Below the pieces are notes generated by a model. It was not told the DNA's origin. It did no database searches and saw nothing but the letters and a program-made list of their open reading frames with translations. Below are positions 1 to 8,564 of a DNA stretch of 25,209 nucleotides, one piece after another (the first letter of the stretch is position 1; each line of letters begins with the position of its first letter). A program made the position numbers and the translations under genes. The DNA lies in assembly GCA_046292385.1 (NCBI GenBank), contig JBKBRF010000001.1, forward strand, positions 5,996-31,204. Reading direction: 5' to 3'. This DNA is from Armatimonadota bacterium. Its GTDB lineage: Bacteria > Armatimonadota > SYMT01.

Positions 1-65
1 GGCACTGCCGGTGCTCCGAGCGCGCACCTACCTCTAGGGGTGGGCAAGAGTTCTGCCGGATGCCC

Positions 66-116
66 GCCTCGGACTAAAGTCGAGGCTACTGAGAGCGAAG
101 CCCGCCTGCGCGGGCT
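66..116 (-). repeat. GTAG-type REP-like palindromic element
   Basis: The minus strand reads GTAG followed by an imperfect palindrome (gcctcg-gactaaagt-cgaggc, 66-86). A second hairpin agcccgc-ctgc-gcgggct lies at 99-116. It is extragenic, just downstream of the kinase stop. Confidence 0.55.
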
Positions 117-161
117 CAGACCTGCCGGTATGAAAAGCTGGCGTTGCTTTCTTCCTGCCGC

Positions 162-3029
162 TTATGCGGCGGGCGGTGCGAGGGCCGCGAGCGCATCCTC
201 CAGCAACTCCACGGCCGGCCCCAGCTGCTGCAGATACGCACGCGCCGCCGCCGGGTCGCCGGCCTGCAGCGCCGCTTCCAACTGGCGCGCCAGCTCTACC
301 AGGCGAGGCGATTCCAGACCCATGAAGAGGCCCTTGAGAGCATGGCAAACCTCCAGCGCCTCGGCGGCTCGCTCCGCCCTCACCGCCGCGTCGAGCCTTT
401 CGTGGAGCGGTGGGTACTCGGAGAGGAGGTCCTGACGCAGCTGCCGGAGGAAGCACCGGTCGCCGCCCACGCGGTGGAGCAGCGCGCGCGCATCCAGGAG
501 CGTCAGGCCGGCAACTCGGCCGGCGTGCGCGTCCCTTCCGGGCAGAAGCCGGCAGACGGCGGTGAGGACCGCCTGCCGCTGGATCGGTTTCGTGAGAAAG
601 TCGTCCATCCCGGCAGACAGGCACCGTTCACGGTCGGCGGGCGACGCGCTAGCGGTCACGGCGAGGATCGGCACGTGCTCTCCGGCGGGCTCCCGCTTCC
701 GGATCTCCCGGGCGGCGGTGAAGCCATCCATCTCCGGCATCCGGCAGTCCATCACGATCAGATCGTACGCCGTCCGCCGCGCCCTCTCGACTGCCTCCCG
801 CCCCGTACTGACCAGGTCCACCCGAAAGCCGGCTTGCTCCAGGATCAGGCGCGCCAGGCTCTGGCTGCAGCGATTGTCTTCCGCCACCAGCGCCCGCCCT
901 GCCGCGGAGATTGCCGGAGCGGAGTGCGCTCCGGGGTCAGCGGCTTCCGACGCGTCCCGGAGCGTCTCGGCCTGCTCCGGCTCCCGGGTCTCCGCGTCCG
1001 GCGCTTCCGCGTCCGAGAGTGTCTTCCGAAGCTCGTCCGTGTGAACGGGCCGGACGAGATACCGCGCGTCATGCTCTCCCGCGAGGTGCGGGAGGATGGC
1101 GGACTGGCAGAAGATCACCACCCGGATCCCCCGGAGCCGGGGATCTTCACGCCAGCGCCTGATCTCCTGGAGATCGAGGTCCGGTAGGTCGCCGTCGAGC
1201 AGGACCGCCGCGGGCGGGCTCTCGCTCCGCACGCAGTCCTTGAGCTGGCGGAGCACCTCGCCGGCAGTGCCGCAGTCGACGACACGCGCCCCCCAGCTCT
1301 CGAGCTGCTCCCGGAGGGTGCGCCGCGCGATCTCTCCGTCGAGCGCCGCCAGGACGAGGCGCCCCTGCAGGCCGGAAGACGGGAGGCTGGGCGGCCAGGC
1401 GCCCCGATCCAGCGGGAGCCGGAGTGAGAGCCAGAAGGTAGAGCCTCTTCCGGGACGGCTCGTGACGGAGAGCGTCCCGCCCATCAGCACCGCGAGCTCG
1501 CGGCTGATCGTCAGCCCCAGGCCTGTTCCCCCGAACCGCCGGGTGGTGGTGCGGTCGGCCTGGCTGAACTGCTCGAAGATCCGCTCCTGCGCGGCCTCCG
1601 CGATCCCGATGCCGGTATCTTCCACCCCGATAACGAGCTGCGCCTGCTCCTCGGTCGCGAGACCTTCCACGTTCACCAGCACGTGCCCGCGCTCGGTGAA
1701 CTTGATCGCGTTGTCGACCAGGTTCAGCAGGATCTGGCGAATGCGGCCCGCATCCCCGACTACGAAGCGCGGCACCTCGGGAGCGTAGCGGACCACCAGG
1801 TCGACACCTTTCTGATCCGCTCGGGAGGCGGTGAGGTCCCCGACCTGTTCCACCACGGAGAGGAGATCGAACGGCACCGGCTCGATCTCCAGCCGGCCCG
1901 CCTCTACCTTCGAGAAGTCGAGGGTGTCGTTGATCACCGTGAGGAGCGCTTCCCCGGACTGGTGCATGATCTCCGCCAGGTGGCGCTGGGCCGGCGGCAG
2001 CGGGGTGTCGAGGAGCAGCCCCGCGGCCGCGATGACGCCGTTCAGCGGCGTGCGGAGCTCGTGACTGACGGTGGCGAGGAACTCCGACTTGAAGCGAGAG
2101 GCTTCCTCCGCTCTCGCCAGGGCGAGCTCCAGCCGCTCTGCCTGCTTCACGAGCTGCGCGGAGAAGCGGTGCGCTTCGATCCCCAGCGCCAACTGATGCG
2201 CCGCGGAGTCGAGGGCATGCAGCATGGCGTCCGACACGGGGGCGCTCACGAGGAGCGAGCAGACTCCCACCAGGCGATCCTCCACCAGCAGCGGCTGGCA
2301 GATGAAGGTGCGCTCTCCGGGAAGCTGGAGCAGCTCCTCGTCGGCCACGCTCGGGTCCGCCGGCACGGTGGAGGTGACGAGCTTCCGGCCGGCTTCCGCG
2401 ATCCTTCCGACGGTCAGCTCTCCGAGCGACACCTGCAGTGAAGCGGGGCGGCGCGCGTGCGAGCCGCGGAACTCCACCTGCAGCTGAAGGAGCTGCTCAC
2501 CGGGATGATAGAGCCAGATGCGGAACAGCTCCGTCGACAGACCGGCCGAGAGGATCTCCCCGGAGCGGTGCAGCATCATCGGGAGGGCGGATCGCTCGGT
2601 GACGGTTTGCCCAATCTCGGCGGTGAGCAGCGCCAGGCGCGCCTGGTTTCGGAGCTCGGCCTCTCCTCGCCGGCGTGCCTCGGTCAGCGAGCTGATCAAC
2701 AGGGCGGTCAGGGTAAAGATCGCCATCCGGACGCCCGTCGCGAGACCAATCTCGATCCGCCCGAGCGGGGGAATGAAGAGCAGGTCCATCACGGCGACCG
2801 AGACGAAGCCGCAGACCACGCCGGGAACGAAGCCGCCCCACCAGGCAGAGAGAAATACGGCCAGGAAGAAGAAGGAGGCCGGCGCCGGCTGCCAGTGGGA
2901 CGCGAGCAGGTGCGTGATCGTCGCCGCAGCCAGGGCAAACCCGGGAGCCAGCACCGCCCGCCGCAGTTGCGGCGCCAGCGTGAAGCTCGGCGGCGGAGCC
3001 ACGGGTAGTCTCGGAAGGTGCTGGTGCAT
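162..3029 (-). CDS. Hybrid sensor histidine kinase (DUF4118-like TM region, GAF, HisKA, HATPase_c, degenerate REC, REC, HPt)
   Basis: H-box FLATVSHELRTPLNGV; N-box QILLNLVDNAIKFT; G-boxes VEDTGIGI and GGTGLGL; REC LVAEDN...LIVMDCRMP...LTKP; HPt CHALKG. Start taken at ATG 3029 with GGGAG upstream; the ORF-track start at 3194 overlaps the regulator. Confidence 0.93.
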   Translation of the reverse strand: MHQHLPRLPVAPPPSFTLAPQLRRAVLAPGFALAAATITHLLASHWQPAPASFFFLAVFLSAWWGGFVPGVVCGFVSVAVMDLLFIPPLGRIEIGLATGVRMAIFTLTALLISSLTEARRRGEAELRNQARLALLTAEIGQTVTERSALPMMLHRSGEILSAGLSTELFRIWLYHPGEQLLQLQVEFRGSHARRPASLQVSLGELTVGRIAEAGRKLVTSTVPADPSVADEELLQLPGERTFICQPLLVEDRLVGVCSLLVSAPVSDAMLHALDSAAHQLALGIEAHRFSAQLVKQAERLELALARAEEASRFKSEFLATVSHELRTPLNGVIAAAGLLLDTPLPPAQRHLAEIMHQSGEALLTVINDTLDFSKVEAGRLEIEPVPFDLLSVVEQVGDLTASRADQKGVDLVVRYAPEVPRFVVGDAGRIRQILLNLVDNAIKFTERGHVLVNVEGLATEEQAQLVIGVEDTGIGIAEAAQERIFEQFSQADRTTTRRFGGTGLGLTISRELAVLMGGTLSVTSRPGRGSTFWLSLRLPLDRGAWPPSLPSSGLQGRLVLAALDGEIARRTLREQLESWGARVVDCGTAGEVLRQLKDCVRSESPPAAVLLDGDLPDLDLQEIRRWREDPRLRGIRVVIFCQSAILPHLAGEHDARYLVRPVHTDELRKTLSDAEAPDAETREPEQAETLRDASEAADPGAHSAPAISAAGRALVAEDNRCSQSLARLILEQAGFRVDLVSTGREAVERARRTAYDLIVMDCRMPEMDGFTAAREIRKREPAGEHVPILAVTASASPADRERCLSAGMDDFLTKPIQRQAVLTAVCRLLPGRDAHAGRVAGLTLLDARALLHRVGGDRCFLRQLRQDLLSEYPPLHERLDAAVRAERAAEALEVCHALKGLFMGLESPRLVELARQLEAALQAGDPAAARAYLQQLGPAVELLEDALAALAPPAA

Positions 3030-3135
3030 GCGCTCCCTGCAGGATCGGCTGGCCGCCATGCTGCCGGCATGGCGGCCGGTTGCTCGAGCTCGACGCCGGA
3101 AGTCCGTCCGAAGCGTCTCCCTCACCGGGCCTGGA

Positions 3136-3783
3136 TCAGCGCTCCTGGAGGACGTGCTTGACCAGCGACGCCCGGGTGCGCGGCTCGCAGCCAAGCTTGT
3201 TCAGGGAGCGCTCCAGCGCGCGCTTCACCGCAGTCTCCGTGACCGGCTCGTTCCACTCGGCGGAGAGCGCTCTGGCGACCTGGCGCAGGGTCAGAGAGGT
3301 GTCCATCACCTTCAACACCACGCCTTTCTCGCGCTCCGTGAGGCGGGCCCGCCGCGCCACGCGCTCGACCGCCTCGGCAGCGCTCGCGGCGGAGCTCGTG
3401 CCCGCCTCGTCCGGCGACTTTTGTAAATAGGCGCGGCGGACGGTTGCCGCCAGCTCTTCCGGCGCACAGTTCTTGCTCAGGCAGCCCCATGCCCCCGCCA
3501 GGCGTCCGAGCTCCACCAGGTTCTCATGCGCGGTGAGGACGATGACCCGCGAGTGCGGAGAGCATACCCGGATCCGGGTGGTGGCCTGGGCGCCGCTGAG
3601 GTGGGGCATGTCGAGGTCCATCAGGATGACGTCCGGATGCAGCTCGGAGGCGATCTGAACCGCCTCCCGGCCATCCGCCGCCTGCCCGACGATGCAGAAG
3701 TCCGGCTCGGCACTGAGCTGCCGGGCGAGGAGCGAGCGGAGCAGCCGGGTATCGTCGGCAATCACAATGCGGATCGGCGGCAT
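3136..3783 (-). CDS. NarL/LuxR-family response regulator (REC + atypical LuxR-type HTH)
   Basis: MPPIRIVIADD...VILMDLDMP...VLTA...LSK receiver; C-terminal LTEREK...LRQVARAL...TAVKRALERSLNKLG. Start ATG 3783. Confidence 0.9.
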   Translation of the reverse strand: MPPIRIVIADDTRLLRSLLARQLSAEPDFCIVGQAADGREAVQIASELHPDVILMDLDMPHLSGAQATTRIRVCSPHSRVIVLTAHENLVELGRLAGAWGCLSKNCAPEELAATVRRAYLQKSPDEAGTSSAASAAEAVERVARRARLTEREKGVVLKVMDTSLTLRQVARALSAEWNEPVTETAVKRALERSLNKLGCEPRTRASLVKHVLQER

Positions 3784-4151
3784 CTTCGGATCGGCCTGGT
3801 CTCTCCGTTGCTGGACTACGCCAGAGGCAGGAGCCGGCGGCTGGGGCCGCGGGGGAGCGAGGCGCACCACACATGGTCGCGGTACTTCCACAGCAGAGTT
3901 GCGTGCGCGAGTGCATGGTGTGCAATGACCCGCAGGTCCGCCCCGCCGGGCCCGCGCGTCTAGAATCGCTCGTAGAGCTGAGAGCCGGAGCTGCTCGGGG
4001 AAAGTAGCAGAGGCGGCTTGGACCCGAAAGCAGACGCCACAGGCCGAGCCGCCGCCGAACGAAACGCGCGGGCGACGGCCCGGATCCGGATCACGGGCGA
4101 GGATCTGTGCGCACCCTCGGCGAATGACACGCCAGGAGAACTCAGCGCACT

Positions 4152-4352
4152 ATGTCCGTCATGAAGCGATTACTGGTCAGCATCGGGGTGACCCTCGCTG
4201 CCGCCATCCTCTTCGCCCTCATCTACCCGGCGGTTCGGGGAGAGGCCGCGAACAGTCCGAACGACGCATTGGGCTACTGGCTGGGCACCCTCGGCATCCC
4301 CGCGGTCTTCCTGGTCAGCTTCTACGGGTCGCTCTATCTGGCGCGGAAATAA
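4152..4352 (+). CDS. Small two-TM membrane protein, unknown function
   Basis: 66-aa ORF with two clear hydrophobic helices, GC-rich third codon positions and AGGAG upstream. The start could be 4161. Confidence 0.65.
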   Translation: MSVMKRLLVSIGVTLAAAILFALIYPAVRGEAANSPNDALGYWLGTLGIPAVFLVSFYGSLYLARK

Positions 4353-4444
4353 TCGGACACGGAGGCTGTCGCCGGCGAGTTGTCGGGTGATGAGGCCCGA
4401 CCCCGGAGGGCTCCGCGTCCAGCCTCTGGCGCTCTGCCTGGCCG

Positions 4445-4768
4445 GTGGACTTTCTGCCAGTGGAAAAGCTACTGATCGTGAGCGAATGCCAGGAAGAGGC
4501 CGACTGGATGTCGAGGAGTCTGCAGGCCTTGGGGTTTGACGTGGCGACTTGCAGCGACGGAAGCAGGGTAGCCCCGGCAGTCCTTCAAGCGCGACCCGAC
4601 GCAGTCGTCTCCGCACGCCCGCTGGCGATGGCAGTCACCTTCGCACTGGGAGCAGCAGTCGCGGGAACGCTCGTCACAGGCCGTCTCTTTGACGCCACTC
4701 CCCGGTATCTCAGGTTCTGCTTTGCGGTTCTAGCGGGAGTCCTGGTCGGAGCACTTCTACGGGAATGA
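4445..4768 (+). CDS. Hypothetical protein: N-terminal half of a receiver-like domain joined to two TM segments (possible pseudogene or chimera)
   Basis: KLLIVSE...SLQALGFDVATCSDG...RPDAVVS resembles REC beta1-beta3 without the phospho-Asp, followed by hydrophobic segments. Codon usage is atypical. Confidence 0.4.
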   Translation: MDFLPVEKLLIVSECQEEADWMSRSLQALGFDVATCSDGSRVAPAVLQARPDAVVSARPLAMAVTFALGAAVAGTLVTGRLFDATPRYLRFCFAVLAGVLVGALLRE

Positions 4769-4793
4769 CTCCGGCGGCCGACACAGGAGTGTG

Positions 4794-5318
4794 ATGGACA
4801 GACAGCTACAGATCCACGTGCGCGGCGGAGTCGGTCTCCTACTCCTGATCGTCTTGAGCTCTTCGTGTGTCACGAACAAGCGAGCAGCAGCTCCATCGTT
4901 CGCTGGCCAGGAGCGTGTCCAGAGCAGGGACCCGCAGGAGACGGCGAGCGCAGTGCAGGAACAGGTCGGCCAGGCGGAGGCGGTAGTGGGGGAGTACCTG
5001 CAGCGGATTCGGCAGGGCAAGCTCCAGGCCACTTACGGCCTTACAGCACCGGAATTCCGCCGGAGGACGCCGCTGAAGGTGCACGTGCGCTTCAGCCGGC
5101 TGCTGCTCCGCAGCTTACAGCGCTATCCGGAGCCGGTGGTGACGGACCGGCGGATCGGCATTGATCCCGCCTCACCCCACGTGAAGCTGACCTATCGCGT
5201 CGGCCCCGAGTGGAAGGCTGCCCCGCTCATCTTCTACGTGGTGCCGATTGGCGACAAGTGGTACGTCAGCAGCATCCACTTCGACGCCGGCAAGCACTCC
5301 AAGATCGAACGCACGTAA
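4794..5318 (+). CDS. Exported or lipoprotein-like hypothetical protein (possible NTF2-like fold)
   Basis: AGGAG RBS; hydrophobic leader ending LSSSC (weak lipobox); the pattern YLQRIRQGKLQATYGLTAPEFR...KWYVSSIHF is typical of small NTF2-like extracellular domains. Confidence 0.65.
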   Translation: MDRQLQIHVRGGVGLLLLIVLSSSCVTNKRAAAPSFAGQERVQSRDPQETASAVQEQVGQAEAVVGEYLQRIRQGKLQATYGLTAPEFRRRTPLKVHVRFSRLLLRSLQRYPEPVVTDRRIGIDPASPHVKLTYRVGPEWKAAPLIFYVVPIGDKWYVSSIHFDAGKHSKIERT

Positions 5319-5351
5319 TGCCGCCGCGCTTCGATGCCGGGGCAGAAAGCG

Positions 5352-5381
5352 AAAAGAGCCGCCAGGATGACCTGGCAGCTC
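5352..5381 (-). terminator. Rho-independent terminator downstream of tRNA-Asp
   Basis: The minus strand reads gagctgccagg-tcat-cctggcggctc followed by TTTT. Confidence 0.8.
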
Positions 5382-5389
5382 CTCTTCAG

Positions 5390-5463
<74 letters not shown>

Positions 5464-5477
5464 TCGCGACAGGCAGA

Positions 5478-5506
5478 ATATTAGCAGATGGCCCCTGGGC
5501 GCGCAA
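5478..5506 (-). promoter_or_regulatory. Sigma70-type promoter of tRNA-Asp
   Basis: TTGCGC - 17 bp - TAATAT with an extended TGn motif, 14 bp upstream of the tRNA 5' end. Confidence 0.65.
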
Positions 5507-5555
5507 TACCTGTTTTTGCGCCGATCGCCGGCCCTGCGGCCGGGCGGAGCCGGGA

Positions 5556-5564
5556 TGGTAGAAT
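5556..5564 (+). promoter_or_regulatory. Extended -10 element for the TPR/methyltransferase operon
   Basis: TGGTAGAAT (TGn-TAGAAT) about 50 bp upstream of ATG 5613, divergent from the tRNA promoter. Confidence 0.45.
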
Positions 5565-5612
5565 GCGGGAGAGCGTGCCGGCGGTCGACACGCGCCGCTC
5601 CGGAGCCACCCG

Positions 5613-6233
5613 ATGCCCGCCGAAGATCCCCGCGCTGAAGCCGAGCGCTACTACCAGGAGGCCCGCGCCCGCGGCCTGGAGGGGAACGTCACCGGGGCGC
5701 TGCCGCGCTACCTGCGGGCGCTGGCGCTGCTGGAGGGGCTGGACGAGGCTGCCTGGCGGGCGGAGATCGCCTTCGAGATCGCGGCGATGAACCAGGAGTG
5801 CGGCGACTCCGGCGAGGCGCGCCGCTGGTACGCGGAGGCGCGGCGGCAGTTCCGGGAGTTGGGCGACCGTTCCCGGGCGGCGGCGGTCGTCTTCCGGCAG
5901 GCGCAGGTGGAGCAGGGGCGGGGCGACATGCCGGCGGCGGAGGCGCTCTTTCGCGAGGCGGAGGCGGCGTGCGCGGAGCTGGACGACCTCGCCGGCGCGG
6001 CGCGTGCCCGGGCGGCGCTGGGGCTGCTGCTCTGGGAGCTGGGCCGGGAAGAAGAGGCGGTCGCGCTGGCGCTGGCGTCTCTCGCCGAGCTGCGGCGGCT
6101 CGACCCGGCCGCCGCGCGCCCGGTGCGGGAGGCGGTGCGGGCCTGGTCCGAGCGGATCGGGCGCGTCCGCTACCGCCGGCTGCTGCAGGCTGCCGGGGCC
6201 GGGCCGGAGCTATTGACCGACCTGATGGAGTGA
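5613..6233 (+). CDS. Tetratricopeptide-repeat protein
   Basis: Repeated helical units with A/L spacing (GDSGEARRWYAEARRQFRELGD; GDMPAAEALFREAEAACAELDD; GREEEAVALALASLAELRRLD). Confidence 0.85.
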   Translation: MPAEDPRAEAERYYQEARARGLEGNVTGALPRYLRALALLEGLDEAAWRAEIAFEIAAMNQECGDSGEARRWYAEARRQFRELGDRSRAAAVVFRQAQVEQGRGDMPAAEALFREAEAACAELDDLAGAARARAALGLLLWELGREEEAVALALASLAELRRLDPAAARPVREAVRAWSERIGRVRYRRLLQAAGAGPELLTDLME

Positions 6234-6937
6234 GCAACTTGGACGTACCGAAGCCGACCGATCCCGCCGCGCGCGTCGACGGCGAGCTGCAGCGCTGGAG
6301 CCGCATCTACGCGGGCGAGGAGTACTACTACGGGGACGACGCGGGCCCCGTGGCGCGCCGGGCGGTGCGCTATCACCGGCCATTCGCCCGTCCCGGAGCC
6401 ACGGCGCTCGACACCGGCTGCGGCGAGGGGCAGGACCTCGCCTACCTGGTAGAGGTGGGCTACGAGGTGACCGGCGTCGAGTTCACCGACGGCGGCGCGG
6501 AGAAGTCGCGGCGGCTGCTGCGCGACCGGGGCCTGGCGGGCGAGGTGCGGCAGGAGGACTTGCGCGAGACGCTGGGACTGCGGGGCGGGGCGGGGCTCGA
6601 CCGCCAGTTCGACCTGGTCCTCTGCGTCAACGTGCTGCAGTTTCTCGGTGCGGACGGCCTCCCCGCCCTGCAGGCGCTGAAGGAGCGCGTGTCGCCCGGC
6701 GGCGTGCTCGGCCTCAGCCTCTTCGGCCGCGCGCCGGAGCAGCCGGAGGTGCGCGGGACCCTATGGTTCGTCACGCTGCCGCAGGTGCTGGCGCTGTTCG
6801 AAGGCTGGCAGCCGATGGAGGCCGCGAGCCTCTATCAGTGGAACCTGGCAACGAACGAGCCGCAGCCGTTCGTAACACTGATAGTGCGGAAGAGCGCGCC
6901 TTCGGGGAGGGTCCAGGGTTTAGGGTCTAGGGTCTAG
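6230..6937 (+). CDS. Class I SAM-dependent methyltransferase (TehB/TPMT-like)
   Basis: Motif I ALDTGCGEG, VTGVEF, FDLVLCVNVLQF and VSPGG. The GTG start overlaps the TPR stop (GTGA). Confidence 0.9.
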   Translation: MSNLDVPKPTDPAARVDGELQRWSRIYAGEEYYYGDDAGPVARRAVRYHRPFARPGATALDTGCGEGQDLAYLVEVGYEVTGVEFTDGGAEKSRRLLRDRGLAGEVRQEDLRETLGLRGGAGLDRQFDLVLCVNVLQFLGADGLPALQALKERVSPGGVLGLSLFGRAPEQPEVRGTLWFVTLPQVLALFEGWQPMEAASLYQWNLATNEPQPFVTLIVRKSAPSGRVQGLGSRV

Positions 6938-7087
6938 ATCTAGCGGTTGCGGATGCGCCCGTGCGTACGCGAGGCATCTCTTTTGGGTGGCTTGATCCGG
7001 TGCAACCACACGACCGAGAGCCTGGCCAATCGCACGGCGAACCCGCTCCCACAGCCCTAAACCCTACCCCCTAAACCCTAGACCCTA
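6908..7087. repeat. Inverted heptamer tandem arrays (AGGGTYY x4 ... NNCCCTA x5)
   Basis: 6908-6935 agggtcc agggttt agggtct agggtct; 7053-7087 agcccta aacccta cccccta aacccta gacccta. Confidence 0.85.
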
Positions 7088-7091
7088 CGAA

Positions 7092-8564
7092 ATGACTGCC
7101 ACCCAGCCCCGCCTGCGAAGGGCCGCCTCCCGCACCGCCGGCTTTCTGGCGCGCCTGCTCGCGACGGCGCGGCTGGAGGCGCGGCTGGCGATCGGGAGCC
7201 CAGCGCCCTGGGTGGTGGGGGCGATCCTGGGGCTGCTCGGCTACATCGCGGTGCGGGCGGCGCCGGATCCGGCGTCGTTCCCGATCGGGGTCACCCTCTC
7301 GCAGGAGCTGGGGCCGCTGGCGGGGGCGCTGCTGCTCTTCCTGGCGGCCAGCTTCGCGCACCGGCCGGTGCGGTACGAGGTGACGGAGCTGCAGGACACC
7401 AAGCGCGCCGGCTCGGAGGAGCTGCTGCTGGGGCGCTGGCTGGGAATGGCGGCGGGAGTGCTGGTGCCGCTGCTGGTGGAGTACGCCGTGGCGATGGCGG
7501 CGCAGAAGTACCACTCGGACCAGCCGGTGGTGCCCGCCGCCTACCTGGGGTCGCTGCTGCGGCAGCTTCCGCCGGTGCTCTTCCTCACCACGCTTTCGTT
7601 CTCGCTGGTCGCCTCTACCCGCGTGCTGGTGCTGGGCGCCGGCCTGGCGGGGCTGCTCTGGTTCGCCATCTTCTTCGGGGAGAGCTACTACCCCACGGTG
7701 CTGCGGATCCAGCTCTCGCAGAACGCGCCGGTCTTTCTGGGGCTGACGGCGACGGTGCTGCTGACGATGCTCTGGGGCTACCAGGGCGGGCGGCGGGTGC
7801 GCGGCTCGCGGGTGGGGCGGCTGCTGGGCGCGGCGGCGGTGCTGGCGCTCTGCGCGACCTCGCTGCGGGGCGTCTACCAGTCGCTGGCGCTCCCCGGCAA
7901 GCACTCCGCCGTGGCGACCTGGCAGCGGCTGCGCGACTCCCGCCGGCTGCCGGAAGACCCGCCGCCGAACTTCGCCTGGACCGATATTGAGGGCCGCCGC
8001 GTCTCCCTCGCCACGCTGCGGGGGGAGCCGGCGCTGGTGGTCTTCTTCCAGCCCAAAGACGGAGAGCTGATCTCCCTGCTCCGGCGGCTGGCGGCGCTGC
8101 GGAGAGAGTACGCCCCGCGCGGCCTGGAGGTGCTCGCCGTCTGCCTTTCGGAAGACCTGCACCTGGCGCGGGACGCCGCTCGGCTGGCTGGCGCCCCGCT
8201 GACGCGGGAGCTGCCGATCGTCACCGATTGGGGCCTGCCGAATGCCGACGGGTTCCCAATGGAGAAGCCGCCGTCGGTCGTCTCCCGTGCCCTGCGGATC
8301 GGCGCTACCCCGACCGCCCTGCTTTTCGATCCGGAAGGCCGCGAGATCCAGCGCGGGCTGCCGGTCGACGCCGCCTCGCAGGACCAGTTGAAGCTGCGCC
8401 TGGAGGCGGTGCTGAAGGGCGACTACTCCGCGCCGCCGGAGCCGGAGCAGCCGGAGAACCTGCCCGGGCAGGGCGAGCCGGGCCGCCCGGAAAGCGGAGC
8501 GGGAGACGCGAGCGGCTCACCCCCGCAGGCCCCGGCCCCCGGGGAGGAGGCGCCCGGCCGATGA
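7092..8564 (+). CDS. ABC-2-like multi-TM permease fused to a C-terminal TlpA/redoxin-like thioredoxin-fold domain lacking CxxC
   Basis: The N-terminal ~270 aa are polytopic (ELLLGRWLG is ABC-2-like). The C-terminal part reads PPNFAWTDIEGRRVSLATLRGEPALVVFF...GLEVLAV...IGATPTALLFDPEGR, followed by a Pro/Glu-rich tail. Confidence 0.8.
   Translation: MTATQPRLRRAASRTAGFLARLLATARLEARLAIGSPAPWVVGAILGLLGYIAVRAAPDPASFPIGVTLSQELGPLAGALLLFLAASFAHRPVRYEVTELQDTKRAGSEELLLGRWLGMAAGVLVPLLVEYAVAMAAQKYHSDQPVVPAAYLGSLLRQLPPVLFLTTLSFSLVASTRVLVLGAGLAGLLWFAIFFGESYYPTVLRIQLSQNAPVFLGLTATVLLTMLWGYQGGRRVRGSRVGRLLGAAAVLALCATSLRGVYQSLALPGKHSAVATWQRLRDSRRLPEDPPPNFAWTDIEGRRVSLATLRGEPALVVFFQPKDGELISLLRRLAALRREYAPRGLEVLAVCLSEDLHLARDAARLAGAPLTRELPIVTDWGLPNADGFPMEKPPSVVSRALRIGATPTALLFDPEGREIQRGLPVDAASQDQLKLRLEAVLKGDYSAPPEPEQPENLPGQGEPGRPESGAGDASGSPPQAPAPGEEAPGR

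Noticed and set aside
3977..4146. Cobalamin riboswitch (GCCAGGAGA resembles the B12 box) or hammerhead ribozyme
   Set aside because: The other conserved cobalamin elements and an exact CUGANGA core with proper stems are not present.
5798..6229. N-terminal extension of the methyltransferase ORF (likewise 8228-8560 and 3030-3194)
   Set aside because: These overlap upstream genes in another frame; coupled or RBS-supported internal starts (6230, 8561, 3029) are more plausible.
6915..7087. TTTAGGG/CCCTAAA resemblance to plant telomere repeats
   Set aside because: Only a few degenerate units, in inverted orientation between bacterial genes; better explained as the local heptamer-array family.
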